From NCBI GenBank assembly GCA_951406725.2, contig OX597818.1, positions 91,326,001-91,390,000 of the forward strand: a stretch of DNA of 64,000 bases, given 5' to 3'. The translations under genes were made by a program, and so were the position numbers. Below are positions 1-17,934 of the stretch, one piece after another. The notes below the pieces were generated by a model. It was not told the origin of the DNA. It saw only the letters and a program-made list of their open reading frames with translations, and did no database searches. Source of the stretch: Octopus vulgaris. Lineage: Eukaryota. Position 1 is the stretch's first letter, and every line of letters starts with the position of its first letter.

Positions 1-213
1 AAAATGCGTGTAGGAGCTAACGATCTATCATGGCGTCCTGACTTCGGACAGTGGTCAGACTTGTTTTTTTCTGTGTATCTTTTTGTCGACGAGCGTAGGT
101 TCGAAACGTGAAAGACTTTTTCTATTTCTATTCCTGAGCGCTATACTAATACATTTGTTTGTTTGTACTCCACCTGCCTTCGTCTTTTGTTTATTTTCGT
201 AAACTTTCCCGTT
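1..213 (+). mobile_element. Penelope-like element terminal repeat (pLTR) fragment with decayed hammerhead motif
   Basis: Homologous to the reverse complement of 32088-32310. Contains GAGCGTAGGTTCGAAACGTGAAAGA and ends in a (TA)n array. Confidence 0.55.
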
Positions 214-368
214 ATATATGTATACATATATATATATGTATATATATGTATATATGTATATATATATGAATATATATATATGTATATATGTATATATATA
301 TATGTATATATGTGTATATATATATATGTATATATAAATGTATATATGTATATATATATATGTATATA

Positions 369-948
369 TGTATTATATACATATGAGAAGGATGACCACT
401 ATGTGGACAACCCTTATGCTAGATGTAGATCCGCTATAGTCTTACCACTAAAAAATGTTCTCAAGAAAAATTTAGCAAACACCAGAACGTATTCGAGCAA
501 GACAAAAGAAAAACAGTAAAAATATGAATTATTCACATACATGTTTCACTATTAACATGTTACGTAATTTTACTGACGCAATTTATCCGTAGATCTTCGG
601 TGTAACCGTCTAAACAAATATGATTTGCAGAACTATATACTAGGACGTCCACACAAAGTCGAATCTGTATATAGTTCTACCTATAACACTCGTTGTTACT
701 ATTCAAATGTCTTTGTTTCGGCGCGCTAAATTACTGGAAAAATAACACTGCAGAAAATAATTTACTCCAGTGGCTTTTGTCGGTTAGAGAATGTATTAAT
801 TTAAATTTAAATTTAAAATGACAAAGTGGATGTTAATTTAATTAAACTTTTCTTCAGAACATTTCTTAGTGGTAAGACCATAGCGGATCTACTTCTAGCA
901 TAAGGGTTGTCCACATAGTGGTCATCCATCTCATATGTATATAATACA
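369..948. mobile_element. Fold-back/MITE-like element with ~105-bp imperfect terminal inverted repeats
   Basis: 369-474 (tgtattatatacatatgagaaggatgaccactatgtggacaacccttatgctaga...) is the reverse complement of 842-948 with few mismatches. Confidence 0.85.
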
Positions 949-984
949 ATTTACTGAACCTTCAGATTTTTTTATGCTAGACCA

Positions 985-1581
985 CTGGTGTGAAACTGAT
1001 GTCAACTCGGGATTTGCGGTTGCTTTCGGAAAATTCATGTGGCACCCATTTTCCAAGTTTAGGAACCTTTCCATGTTATTGAAGAGATGACGATGAACAG
1101 TTGTATGGTTTGAACAAAGCGTTATTGCCAATGCTTCAACTGATAATGCAGGATGTTCTTCAAGTAATGCCTTAAGGTGCTTATCATCAAACTCAACTGG
1201 ACCTCCTGTTCGATCTTCATCTGCAAGGCTGAAATCTCCACTTCTGAATTTTGCAAACCTTCTTCTGCAAGTTCCTTCATTCAAGTATTCTTTCCCATAA
1301 ACTGAGTGCATGTTTCGAGTCGCTTCGGCTGCAGAGTTTCCTTTTTTGTACTCGTAAAGCATTATGTGCCGCAAATGCTCTTTGGATACTTCCATGTTAG
1401 AAAGGGTTTTAATCAAAGAAACTTTAATTCTATTATTCTGTAAAATAATATTTAATTATTTTAAATGTACACAAATGCATAAAAACAATTTTAAATTCCA
1501 TTAGACATTCTAAAATACTATTAAATTTCATTCAATTTTAAAAAAGGTAAAATCGGACAAAACTTACGGGATTACCTGATA
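985..1581 (-). mobile_element. mariner (SETMAR-like) transposon 5' part, pseudogenised
   Basis: ATG at 1395 gives MEVSKEHLRHIMLYEYKKGNSAAEATRNMHSVYG...FRSGDFSLADEDRTG (mariner HTH). After a frameshift, KWVPHEF at ~1031-1051 (WVPHEL motif). ITR-like TATCAGGTAATCCCGTAAGTTTTGTCCG ends at the TA at 1580-1581. DDD domain absent. Confidence 0.88.
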
Positions 1582-2363
1582 CATGAATAGTATACTAGAA
1601 ACATAAAATTTGGAGAGTGTACACAAAGGAGATATTTTATATTTACCACGAACGATCACATACAATGGTAAAATGAACATCCTCTAACAGTGTGGGAATT
1701 TATGGAAATCGCTAACCCAGCTGAATCGGTCCACAAAATTATCTCTGAAATGTCCTATAAATTTCATCAATCGAACAGCTGATAAAAGCAATCATGCTTA
1801 TCATATTTATATTGCTTATCTCAATCATTTTTCAATATTCTTTGTAATTTATGTATCCTTGCTTTTACCATAACGACGAAATACAAATGACTATAATCAT
1901 TCTATTTCATTGAATTTATCTAATGTGATTATTTTCTTATCTATTAGCTATAACCCAGTTATATTTACGTTAGGATTCTCATTCTTATCTCAATATATTT
2001 TCACATCTATCTCTTCTTACTTCCGACGGTCATTTTCATGCTATTTTAATAATTTATTAAATCTTAATTCCTGAATTTGCTTCTTAAATGGTCAAATGGG
2101 ACCCAATATGAAATCTCTACGCCGTTAGTTACTTAAAAGCTATTTTACTCTATTTTATATATACCCACTATTCAATAGTACTCTGAATTCATCGATAAAT
2201 GTTTCTCAGTCAAGTAGTTATTCGGGGTGGAGGGAAGGAAGATACTATTGCAATCCCATTAAAAACCTTTCTCCTTCTACAATTGTTTTCCTATATATAA
2301 TTTACCAAAATAATTTTATTCTGTACTTCTATTACTTTATGTGGCAATATTCCTCTGATATAT

Positions 2364-2613
2364 TCTTTACTTGTTTCAGTCATTTGACTGTGGCCATGCT
2401 GGGGCACCGTCTATAGTCGAGCAAATCGCCCCCAGGACTTATTCTTTGTAAACCTAGTACTTATTCTATCGGTCCGTTTTGCTGAACCGCTAAGTTACAG
2501 GGACGTAAACACACCAGCATCGTTGTCAAGCGATGATGGGGGAACAAATACAGACACACATACATATATATATATTTATATATATGTGTGTGTGTATTTA
2601 TGTATATATATAT

Positions 2614-2646
<33 letters not shown>

Positions 2647-2798
2647 CATAAATAAGACGGGCTTCTTTCGGTTTCCGTCTACCAAATTCACTCACAAGGC
2701 TTTGTTCGGTCCGAGGCTATAGCATAAGACACAGTGGGACTGAACCCGGAAACATGTGGTTGGTAAGCAAGCTAGTTACCATACAGCCACTCCTACGC
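2364..2798 (-). mobile_element. tRNA-derived SINE family A (octopus type) with central TA/CA microsatellite
   Basis: Head GCGTAGGAGTGGCTGTATGGTAA...GGGTTCAGTCCCAC (A/B boxes) and tail ...GACTGAAACAAGTAAAG. Homologous copies occur elsewhere in the window. Confidence 0.85.
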
Positions 2799-2974
2799 TT
2801 GATATATTCGCCAAAGCTGTACCTTAATTTCAGGTTAACCCCACTAGCTTTTTTAATTCAATTTCATTTATAATTTAATTGTGATTTGGTTTTAGTTGCC
2901 GATAATCTTGCATCCTTCTATGTTAATACATTGCTTTGCACATTCTCAACACTTCATCATTACAATCACTTTTG

Positions 2975-3215
2975 TTATTTGAATGGTCTATAAATTATTA
3001 ACCCATTTAATTTTGTGTAAATTATAGGTACCTGAAAATATCTTGTAACCTCAACTGGTTTCCTATAGGGGTGGTATAATCTAGAGTTATTGTCAAAAAC
3101 GGTATCTAAAGAATTTACTACCTTTGTGCCATATCCATACGTAATTCCTAAGTTAAGGCTTTTAAGAAATTTTCTAATTCTTTTTCTCATCCTTTCTACG
3201 ACTGATTTGTTGTTC
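2975..3215 (-). mobile_element. Penelope-like RT fragment
   Basis: LNLGITYGYGTKVVNSLDTVFDNNSRLYHPYRKP resembles the PLE RT motif L.IT...K.VNFLD.T......Y.PYRKP. Confidence 0.55.
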
Positions 3216-3419
3216 CTAAGGATGATAAATAGAGCAGAGTGATGCCAAAATATATATGTATATATGTTTGTGTGTGCTTCTGTGTGTGTGTGTGTGTGAG
3301 TGTGTATTCTAATCTAATCGTATTATGTATACTTCAGTAAATTCTCTGTTGTTTTCGACAAAATGACAAGATCCCCAGTGCCACATGATTAACCCCGAAT
3401 TATATATATATATAATTAT

Positions 3420-3514
<95 letters not shown>

Positions 3515-3567
3515 TATACATACAGAGAGACAGAGAGAGATAGGCAGATAGACAGATAGATAGATAC

Positions 3568-3648
<81 letters not shown>

Positions 3649-3725
3649 AAGATAGATAGAAACACAGGCAGATAGATGCATTCATACGTACATTTGTGTG
3701 CATGCGTTTGTATGTGATCGCTTTC

Positions 3726-3792
<67 letters not shown>

Positions 3793-4114
3793 AAATTATT
3801 CTACGTTGATTATGGAGCACACAGTATATATATTTATCAAAACTAAATTATAGAAATAAATTTTAAGAAAAATGACATCAATATATCAAATAAGACTTCA
3901 CATAAGAACATCATATGCTCCACCGCAGCTACTTAAGGCCTTTTTGATTTATTATTACATTGCTATTACTTTCTAAATCTTGTTTGAATATAATAATACC
4001 CAGATTTCAGTTTCGTTAATTAGCATCATATTCGTGCATCTGAAGGAATGCTTTCAGTTTGACATCCTCAGGGATATTACAATACAATATGTCATTATAG
4101 ACATATGTCACTGT

Positions 4115-4118
4115 AGTG

Positions 4119-4157
<39 letters not shown>

Positions 4158-4270
4158 AATAGGAATACTACTACTACTACTACTCATTACTGCAGGGAAA
4201 ATATTGTAATAATAACGATAATGGAAATAATAATACCAATACTACTACTATTACTACTACTAAAACAACA

Positions 4271-4320
<50 letters not shown>

Positions 4321-4335
4321 TACTACTACTACTAT

Positions 4336-4367
<32 letters not shown>

Positions 4368-4383
4368 ATAATAATAATAATAA

Positions 4384-4414
<31 letters not shown>

Positions 4415-4570
4415 AAGAAGAAGAAGAAGAAGAAGAAGAAGAAGAAGAAGAAGAAGAAGAAGAAGAAGAAGAAGAAGAAGAAGAAGAAGAAGAAGAAGAA
4501 GAAGAAGAAGAAGAAGAAGAAGAAGAAGAAGAATGATGATGATGATGATGATGATGATGATAATGATAAT
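4115..4570. repeat. Compound trinucleotide microsatellite (TAG/TAC/TAA/GAA/TGA)
   Basis: Directly visible; includes ~49 GAA units. Confidence 0.95.
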
Positions 4571-4576
4571 ACTTTT

Positions 4577-4940
4577 TTTATTGGCCGCAAGGGCCGAGCA
4601 CAAAACAATACAATACCGTGTAAACAATAAGTAACGAAAATAATTCCCTGAACAATTCAACAATAAAAATACCCCAAAAGTGTGGAGTTCCTCACAGGGA
4701 CAGCTGAGGAACCCCACACATTCTGGTTATCTCGACCGCCAGATGCACCTCAGCAGGTGCCACTCTCTTCAAACTCCTCTGCTAAACGAACGAAAGTTCA
4801 GAGTAGGTCAATTCACACGAGCCATCCTCGAAATATTCACCAACATTTCAACAAATTTACTGGGGGAGCAGAACTTCCCTCTCTACTTTCAATTTCCTTT
4901 TCAGATGGAACATGTAAAAGTCGATGAGAGTTTGACCAAA
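4577..4940 (-). mobile_element. L1/Tx1-type LINE 3' end fragment
   Basis: Reverse complement aligns to 47605-47860 (gagagggaagttc...gcatctggcggt...ggggttcctc..tgtccctgtgaggaa). T-run at the 3' end. Confidence 0.7.
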
Positions 4941-4954
4941 GACTATTATTATTA

Positions 4955-5074
<120 letters not shown>

Positions 5075-5124
5075 TAATAATAATAATAATAATAATAATA
5101 TTAATAATGATAATAATAATGATG

Positions 5125-5164
<40 letters not shown>

Positions 5165-5204
5165 TAATAATAATAATAATAACAATAATAATAATGATAA
5201 TTAT

Positions 5205-7548
<2,344 letters not shown>

Positions 7549-7552
7549 AATG

Positions 7553-7644
<92 letters not shown>

Positions 7645-7675
7645 CATAATAATAATTATAATAATAATAATAATC

Positions 7676-8640
<965 letters not shown>

Positions 8641-9970
8641 AATATTTCAAGGCGAATCATCATTTGTTGTGAAGGGACCGCCGTTTCGTCCTCCCAGTTG
8701 ACTGTAGATATTCTAACTTGCAATTCTTTGTAGAATCTTTTAATTGTTAAAACTCGGCAATCAACTCCTTTTTAATTTTTAGGTCGCTGCAAGTATTTAG
8801 TGGCATTTGCATGATATTATTGTGAAATATAATGTTTTTATTAGTTTATGTTATGAAGGTATCATTGGTGATGTTTGTATTTTCATAAATGTAGTTTATT
8901 TCATATATGTACTTCCGTATTGGTTATGTTTATTACAGATTAGTTAATGATGTAACTTCTTTCTTCTCTTCGCAATGTGTCTGGCTGTTGTGTAGGTGTA
9001 TTAGCTTAAGCTTGAATGATGGAATCTGCGAAAGTAGTGGTAGCAGTGATGGAATGATGCTGTTGACAGTACTCGTGTAGCTATTGTTGGGGGTTCCAGT
9101 ATTGTTTCTCAAAGGCGTCTCCCCAATTGTTCATATATCTCAATTTTTTGTGTTTATGTATTTTCGTTACTTTTTCGTTTTTTTTTTCTGCTGTGATACG
9201 TCGACTCCAGACTTCAACTTTTACTTTTATTATCGACCCCAAAATAATGAATGGCATGTTCTATTAGGTGCCGCTTTAATAATGATAGTAATCCTTTCTA
9301 CTACAAGTACAAGGCCTAAACTTTCCAGGAGAAATCTAGACGATTACAGGCTGTTTGAATAATGGTGGCTTTTTGTGCTGCAGGGTCTAGAGGCGGTTAT
9401 CTTTAATTGTGGGTGTAAAAATTTGGGGAATTTTGGAAAGGGGGGTGAAGAAGATGGCAATAAAAGAACCAGGCAAAGAAAACGAACAAAAGAAGAAAGG
9501 GAAAATGAGACAACAAGCACAAAACAACAGCACCACCAAAACCCGAGCGAAGCACGGGTCAAAATAGCTAGTAATTATATAAATCCTTTTCTTTATTTGC
9601 GTTCGTACTCCTCTCTAATAAAAAGTATGTTTTTGTGATGAGAAGTTCTGTGTAGCGCTTTAATGCACATTAGTTAACTGACTCTATAATAATTGTATAT
9701 TTGCATTGTTATGATATGATATGGTGGTAGTTTATTTTTTATCTCTAATAACACACAAAGAGAAAAGAATATTAGTTGGAAGTAGCCTAAAGTTAGTAAG
9801 TTTATTTTTGAGTAATATTTATGCAAGACTATCGAGTAAATGACTAGATGACAAGGCACATTGTGACAATAATTACAATAAGCAGCTTACACATCATTTG
9901 TTTCTTTGCAAGTTTCATTGATATTTTAGCAACTAGGCAGTTTTCAACCTTGAAATCTATGTAATGGTGT

Positions 9971-10290
9971 GGAGGCGCTATGTTTAGTGGCTGAGGTATT
10001 TGACTCACGACCGTAAATTCGTGATTTCGATTCCCAGCGGCGCGTTGTATCCTTGAGTGAGACATTATTTCTCGTTGCTCCGGCCCACTCAATTGGCGAA
10101 AATGAGTTGTACCTGTAGTCCAAAGGGCCAGCCTTGTCATACTCTATGTGAAGCTGAATCTCTCTGAGAAATACGTTAAGAGTACGCGTGTCTGTAGAGT
10201 GCTCGGCCGCTTCCACACTAATATCACGAGCAGGCATTTTGACAAGCATTCCTAACAACTAGAATGCTTGTCGTCGCAACCGACGAAGAA
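9971..10290 (+). mobile_element. tRNA-derived SINE family C
   Basis: GGAGGCGCTATGTTTAGTGG...TTCGATTCCC head, then core TCCTTGAGTGAGACATTATTTCTCGTTGCTCC. Related copies at ~13150-13430 and 55219-55465. Confidence 0.7.
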
Positions 10291-11259
10291 TCAGCAGGCC
10301 AATAAAACTGGTAGCTAGTAAGAGGAATAGTCCGAAAGAAAAAGCGTGTGAACCTAATCGTGATCCGAACTTGAAATTCATTATAGTAACATTAAAATGT
10401 TGATCGCATGTGATGTTCCTACGGGAAATTCAAACTATATTTTCTAAAAAATATAATAACGATTCAAATCGAGAATCGTACACTCTTTATGCTGGAATCA
10501 AAAGATGCCTATCTTGAAGAGGCAATGATAAAGTAGGGTACTCATCAATTTTTCTACGTTAATAAAGTGCGGGATATGAAATTAATAGGATTGATACCGA
10601 CCTAGTTATGTAAAGGGAATTTATGGACAACCAAGAGCAGTCAAGCCAGGAATACAGTGATTCCACCAATTGATCAAGATCAGCCAATAAGAACAAACTT
10701 CAAACACTGTTCCATAACAATTATTCTTATAAAGTAGTTACGAACAAATAATAAATCAAAATTAAGTGTTCTAAACGTTCTGAAAATTACTTCAAAACTG
10801 TGAAAGTTCAAAATTGATTGAAGTTATTTACACAAACTTAAAGACTACGTCAAAACGAATATTATAACGCATTTCTTTCCGCATTCAATATTGAGTCTTG
10901 GTAAGTGTTCTATTCATATTCTTAAAGGGATTTGAAAACAATAATCTTACATACATATATGCACACATAAACACATGCATACAGACATACATATATACAT
11001 ACATGCGTACAGACATACATATATACATACATACATACACACATAAACACATACATACATACATACATATATACATGCATACATAAATGCATACATACAT
11101 AAATATATTACATACATACACTTTTAAACGCACATATGTATTATAGATAGATACACATGTGAATATATAAATATATTAATATAAATATATTAATATACAT
11201 GTGTCTATATTAACACACACACATATATATATATATTTGTATATTTATATAAATATACG

Positions 11260-11304
<45 letters not shown>

Positions 11305-11345
11305 GTATATATATATATATATATACATGTATATACATATGTATA

Positions 11346-11398
<53 letters not shown>

Positions 11399-11473
11399 GA
11401 ATAGATACATATATAGAGAGAGAGATAAAGAGATGCGTATATATGCGGGTTTATGTACGTGTTTATTTGTATG

Positions 11474-11510
<37 letters not shown>

Positions 11511-11524
11511 ACCTACACACATGC

Positions 11525-11601
<77 letters not shown>

Positions 11602-11939
11602 CCTATCTATCTATCTATCTATTTATTTATATATGGCGGGGCGAAAGAGGAATGGAGATATACAAACACGTCAGAACAAATGTCAACTTGCTATAGTAAA
11701 ATATTTTACAATACAAAAAATATGTCTGACATTTTGTATCACATCCGTATTTTGCAGTGTTTTGATTTATTAATGATTTATTGTTCAGCAAGTCTGGCCT
11801 GAATATATAATAACCAGATTTCTATTACATTAATTAACTTCAGACACACATCGGAATGAGTGCTTTTATTTTCTCTCCTTGAGGGATTATAATATAATGC
11901 TATATTATCATCAATATCTCGTTATAACAACCGCAATGG

Positions 11940-12095
11940 CAACAACAACAATAATATCAATAACAATAACAATAACAATAATAATAATGTTGATAATAAT
12001 AATGACAGGAACAACATCAGCAGCAATATTAAAAATTACGATCATAGTGTTATTAATAATAATGATGATTTTGATAATGATAATATTACTAATAC

Positions 12096-12189
<94 letters not shown>

Positions 12190-12243
12190 AATGACGATGA
12201 TGATGATGATGATGATGATAATAATGATGATGATGATGATAAC

Positions 12244-12292
<49 letters not shown>

Positions 12293-12296
12293 TAAC

Positions 12297-12327
<31 letters not shown>

Positions 12328-12331
12328 TAAC

Positions 12332-12395
<64 letters not shown>

Positions 12396-12425
12396 TAACA
12401 ATAATAATAATAATAATAATAATAA
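11940..12425. repeat. Long (TAA/TGA/CAA)n microsatellite
   Basis: Directly visible. Confidence 0.95.
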
Positions 12426-13149
12426 ATGTATTGATCAAGTTTTCCTTGAGTTAAATGTCATATAGTATCAATATTTGATTTTAAATCTTTCTGAAAGTAT
12501 AACAGAGAGTCACAGAACATAGTTCGGGAAGTGCTACGTAATGATGACTCACTAGAAGTCAATACCGTGATACGCTGTGGCTTCCATAAGCTGTGCCACT
12601 AGTGTGCAACCTCCTTGAACGACCTCTGATGAGGAACATGTCAAAGAATAGAAGCCAGACTAATATGGACTATCTCTCTTCAGAGGCCAAAGTTACAGAA
12701 GCATAGATAATCAAAATCAACAAAAACTGGGAGAGGAAAAAACAGACAAGAGTAGAGAACAGTAAAGAATGTGGATTTATTAAGTAACCTGCCAATGACA
12801 CCAACCACGTTTCGCGGAAAGCAGTGGTTTCTATTGACTGAGATATCCAGAAAAATAATCAATTATTGATCTTCTGATATTTGACATCATTCCAACTCCC
12901 TCACCTCTTGTCAAATTTACTTAGAGCAGAAAAATGTTGCCCAAATTCACTTCTAATTCTCGGTGGTACGTGGAGAAGTTGATGATAGCTTGGCTGGAGA
13001 AGTATATTTCTGTCCTCAACACTTTCACCAGTACTGCATATAGAAGCACAGTTGCTCCGCGTTTGTTACAGAAGAAGGCAGTAGGACAATTTCCACGGTT
13101 ATTTATCTCACAACCTGATCAATGATGCTTGCCCAGTGAAGGCGTGAAG

Positions 13150-13430
13150 GTAGTAACTTCGAAGGGTACTTTGTTAACAATTGTGAGCTCGTCGGTTCGA
13201 TTCCTTATGGCCCATTGTAACCTTGAACAAACACTTTATTTCTCGTTGCTCCAGTCGACTTAGGTAGCAAAAATTGGTGTACTTGTAATTCAAATCAACA
13301 TCCATGTCACATTTTGTTACGCTGAATCTCCATGAGGACCATGTTTATGGCATTTGTGCTTAACGTGTGGGGGCCATTTGCACGTTAGTTTCACGAACAG
13401 GCTCTGGAGTACGCCGCATTGTAACCGTCG
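13150..13430 (+). mobile_element. Degenerate SINE family C copy
   Basis: GGTTCGATTCC B box; core ttatttctcgttgctccagtc and gctgaatctc shared with the 9971 copy. Confidence 0.55.
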
Positions 13431-15239
13431 TAGAGCAAGGTTACTCGGCTTTACAACTATTGATGTAAATTATATATCAATATTCCTTACATTTTAAACG
13501 AGTTCATAGAGATTATTTTTTTGTTCTCATATGTCTGTTATGTTATGTGTAGATATGGCTCTAAGGGAAGTGCATTACTGAAGAAATAAATGCCAATTAA
13601 AATGCCCATCTATGTATCATATTACACGTATATATATACTGTCGAAGGCAAAGCAGTGTGGTTTTCCTCCGAGATAAAATCCGAGGTTTTCAAATATTCA
13701 ATGAAAAAAATTCTTAAGAATTTGAAATAATGAGAAAAATATTAGTATAGTGTATTCACTGAATTGCCTGTCTTTTACTTGTTTTAACCACAATACAATG
13801 AAATGAACAATAATGATAAAAAAATAATCTGTTTTAATTTTTAAAAAGCTCTCCACAGTGCGTTCAACATTCATAATATATATATTGATATACGTGTGTG
13901 TGCGTATTCATATTACATACACATATACATGTCTCTTTGTCTATGCCTATGTTTAAAGCGGCTAAATGGATTCAGTTTGCACTGTTTCAGATTGGGAACT
14001 GCTGTGAAAATTATGGCTATGGATAAGCTTGTACAAGTTCGGTAAGACATTCATCTTTTCACTCAGAATATTTTTCCACGCTGTAAACCTTGCTACACTG
14101 TTAGCTACGTAAAATTTGCGTATATTGATTATTAGTTACCATAGACATAACACACTCTCTACACGCACACACACATATCCTGGTTAAATAGTTATCATAA
14201 AAACACCTATAAATATATTCACACACATATATATACATATTTGCCGAACATTAGTTACAATCTTGCGTAGACTATTTTCAAATAGTGTTCTTTTTAAAAC
14301 TGATTATAGAATTCTAAAACGACAGCCAAGTCAATTTAAAATTACTTCAATGATACAAGAAAAATACCTGGTGAAAAAAATTTATATCATTAATTCATGA
14401 AACTTAAAATAGACTTTGAAATTTTATATTTATTAGAACAGATTAAATATTTTCTTTAGCTTTTTTCTGTAAATTCTGTACGTTTCTATTTATCTTAAGT
14501 GATATTTTTTAACGTACTTTAGTAAGGAAGATATAGTGAAAAAAGATTTTCTGATGTCTGAGTTGATAGCACAATTCACAGAAAACGTAAAGTTTTCAAT
14601 CTCGTTCTCGTCAAGAGAAATACATTGTGTCACTAAACAAAAGGCACAATAGCTCTTACTGATCCATACAACTGTGGTGCCATGACTAGATTTCGTATCT
14701 CCAATGTAATAACAGATTCAATAAATCTGTCAGTATATCACTTTGTCAAAATATATTCGTAATATAGATTCTAACTGAGTTTCTGACCTACGGAAATGAA
14801 ATGAGTGTAAATAGTAATTGATGAAAAAAGTTTAACAAAAGTTATTTACAATTATAAAATTGCTTTCTTGTTTAATCCATAGGATATTTCGAGTGTGAAA
14901 CATCAACAATAAATAGATATTCGATTAGATATTAATCTTTAAACGGACATAAGTAAAATTAATAAAAACATTAACTGCTATGATATACTTGTATAACAGA
15001 ACTCATGTATTACATTCGTTTATATTTTACATCTACATTAATAAAAGCGAAATTGAGTATGTCTAGGATCCGTGTATCTCAGTCTGAAAATCTACCCTTC
15101 ATTTGGTTCTGGAGCATCCAGCATTGGCATCTGATTTAAAAGCATTTGAGTTGCTAATTCCAGCGGGTAAAGCGACCTTGACAAGTAGAAGAATTACCTC
15201 CCTTAACTTTAAGTATTACTAAGGAATTTAGAGGTTCTT

Positions 15240-15449
15240 TTATCTGTTCAGTCATTAGACTACGGCCATGCTGGAACACCGACTTTAAGAATTTTAATCG
15301 AACCTGTTGACACCAGTTCTTTCTATTTGATACCTGGTTCTATTTTATTGGCCTCTTTTACCACAAGAATACCAGTTATCAAACGGTGGTAGGGGACAAA
15401 CACAGACAAAGACACACCACACCACACACACACACATACACACACACAC

Positions 15450-15480
<31 letters not shown>
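15240..15480 (-). mobile_element. SINE family A 3' half
   Basis: ttcagtcattagactacggccatgctggaacaccg...ggggacaaacacag followed by (CA)n. Confidence 0.65.
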
Positions 15481-15481
<1 letters not shown>

Positions 15482-16149
15482 GTTCTACTGAAATTTTAAA
15501 ATAACTCCAAAAATTTATGAAGTTAGAAGTTTTTTCAATTAAACTGAATTTAAAGTAATACCATATTGCTAGTGTACTAATAAATGTTGCTTGGTTTGGG
15601 GCCGCGGGCTCAATTAGCCTTCCGCAGGAGCCAGAATAAAAGTCTTCACGGAGTGTGCGTTTAAGCTCGTTTTTACATATTAGTCAGAATTCTTATATAA
15701 CTGAAGTTCATTTACATCCCTAATAACCTAAACAAAAATTATGGTTATCAGCTTATCACATTCTGAAAGCTTTCAATAATGCAGATGGTATAATAAAATA
15801 ATGACATATTATTACCGGGTTGTTTTATGAACTCTTTTATCAAATAACGAAACAGCTTTGTAAGCTCATAGTCAGACGAAATGAATTACTATTCCTATTT
15901 TCATGTCCGACACTAGAATTTGACTATAACATTGTGTCCTTTTGCAGACGATGTTGTAGTTTCACTCATGCATTCTTTGTTATTTCTTTTATTGAGGTTT
16001 TACATTTATCGAAGGTTTCTACCAGTATTCCTTTTTATTATGAGTGGGTATGGCTTTCACAATGATGTGGGTTCTTACTTCTTTGTTCTCAAACCAAAAC
16101 AAGCTGTGAGAGGCTCCTTTTGAATGTCGCACCTCATCCCTTCGGCAAC

Positions 16150-16180
<31 letters not shown>

Positions 16181-17063
16181 TGTATGTATGTATGTATGTA
16201 TGTATGTATGCATGTATGTACGTATAATGTGTGTGTGACTAAGAATATGTGTGCTTTTCCCTGTAAGAATGCATTTAAATTCACATGCATATAAGAGGAA
16301 TAAAATTAATATTCTATCTTTGCTTTTGCATAGCAACAAATCTCACAGATTGTCATTATACCAAACACATAATCATCTCACTAAAAGCAAGCATAAAATT
16401 CGCAAAATTTTCTATGGTAGAGCCATTTTAAAAGGAAGGAATATAACTGTTTTATATCATTGATCTTTAATTTTTTTTATTTATATACAATTTATTCCCC
16501 GACCCCTTTAATTGAACATGAGAGACGAAAAAAAGAAAGAGTTAAAACAACAGAAGCAAACTCAAAAGATAACATGAGAACAGTCAAGTTAAATTGTCGA
16601 CAGTCAAATAGCTGCCATGATGGAAATACCATAATTGCATTTTCTTTTTTTTAATATAATAAAATATTAATAGGAACGGAGTTGGAAAAGGAGAAATGAA
16701 AGAAAATTTAATGAAACAACAGAATAATGAATCTACATTTTAACAGTCAGTTTTTCGCATTAGGAATGGAAGAGACAGCAAGGATGAGAGTGAGGGGCAC
16801 GGGTGGAGAGAATGAGAGACGGGAGGATAAATTTGAGAGATGCAAAACAAGTACAATGTATAAAAGGAAGAATCAATAAATTAGAGTAAAGTTATTAAAA
16901 AATATTTAGCTACGCTTTCCACATATTATCATCACCATCAATGACGCCTTCATAATCATCATTATCCTCATCATCATCATCATCATTTACCTACTTTTTC
17001 TCATCTTCAGCGACTTCGGTTGCGCTGTGTTTTTTTTATTTTGTCATCAACCTTGTCATAATC

Positions 17064-17101
<38 letters not shown>

Positions 17102-17425
17102 GTTATTATTATTGAATAAGTGTTGAATAAAATAAACAAAATGACATAGCGGTATTTAGTGAGGTCTCTTCTTAAGATCTAAGATCAAATCCAGTCGACG
17201 TCTGCTTTGCTTTTCATCATGTCGAAGTCGACAAAATTAAATACTATTCGAGTAAATATTATCGATAAAACTCCTTCCTAGAAAATTGCTATTCATTCTT
17301 TCGAGGTCGATGAAATAAGTACCAGTTGAACATTAGAGTCAATGTAATCGAATAAACTCACAACCCCGTAAATTTCAGGTGTAGAAGAAATTATTATTAT
17401 TACTATTATTATTATTACTATTATT

Positions 17426-17854
17426 GAGTGAGAGAGCAGTTCATGCCATCAAAGTGACACTGGGGTAAAATATACGAAGCCCAATATACCCATCATGACT
17501 ACCCGTCTGATAAAGGTACACCAGGCACATGCAGCACAACCATATGTGCGCGACATGGTGATCTCATATCAAGATAAACAGCACATGACCTTGCAGGTGG
17601 GGCCCAGTTAGAATTTTCTTCAGGTTGAGTAGCCCATCCCGCTCATACGGTTCCTGAATAAGGGTTGTTTAAGGATGTTGAAAGAACCACCCATGTTTCC
17701 AGAGGTGAACTATTCAAACCCCAAAGAATCCCTCTCAACACATGGCTATGATGCTCCCCCACTACTTCTGCTCGTGATCAGAGATGCAGATATCGTCAGC
17801 CACTAAGGGACATGCTCAACTGGTTAAGGTCAAACAACTGACAAGCAAATCTGT
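17426..17854 (-). mobile_element. 555-bp TAA-associated element, truncated copy B
   Basis: Reverse complement of copy A 7120-7548; TTA arrays on both sides. Confidence 0.85.
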
Positions 17855-17877
17855 TATTATTATTATTATTATTATCA

Positions 17878-17931
<54 letters not shown>

Positions 17932-17934
<3 letters not shown>

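Noticed and set aside
163-519. YI/YM/CV/HT-repeat ORFs throughout the window
   Set aside because: Dinucleotide and tetranucleotide microsatellite artefacts.
4116-4717. Long homopolymeric ORFs (poly-L/R/I/Y/F/N), also at 7547, 11879, 30514, 39327, 45165, 50416, 51543
   Set aside because: Translations of trinucleotide microsatellites that lack stops in some frames; no splice or homology support.
8675-8720. Hammerhead half-motifs (GAAAC..GUC) here and at ~12805 and ~59235
   Set aside because: No recognisable CUGANGA core in register; too decayed to call.
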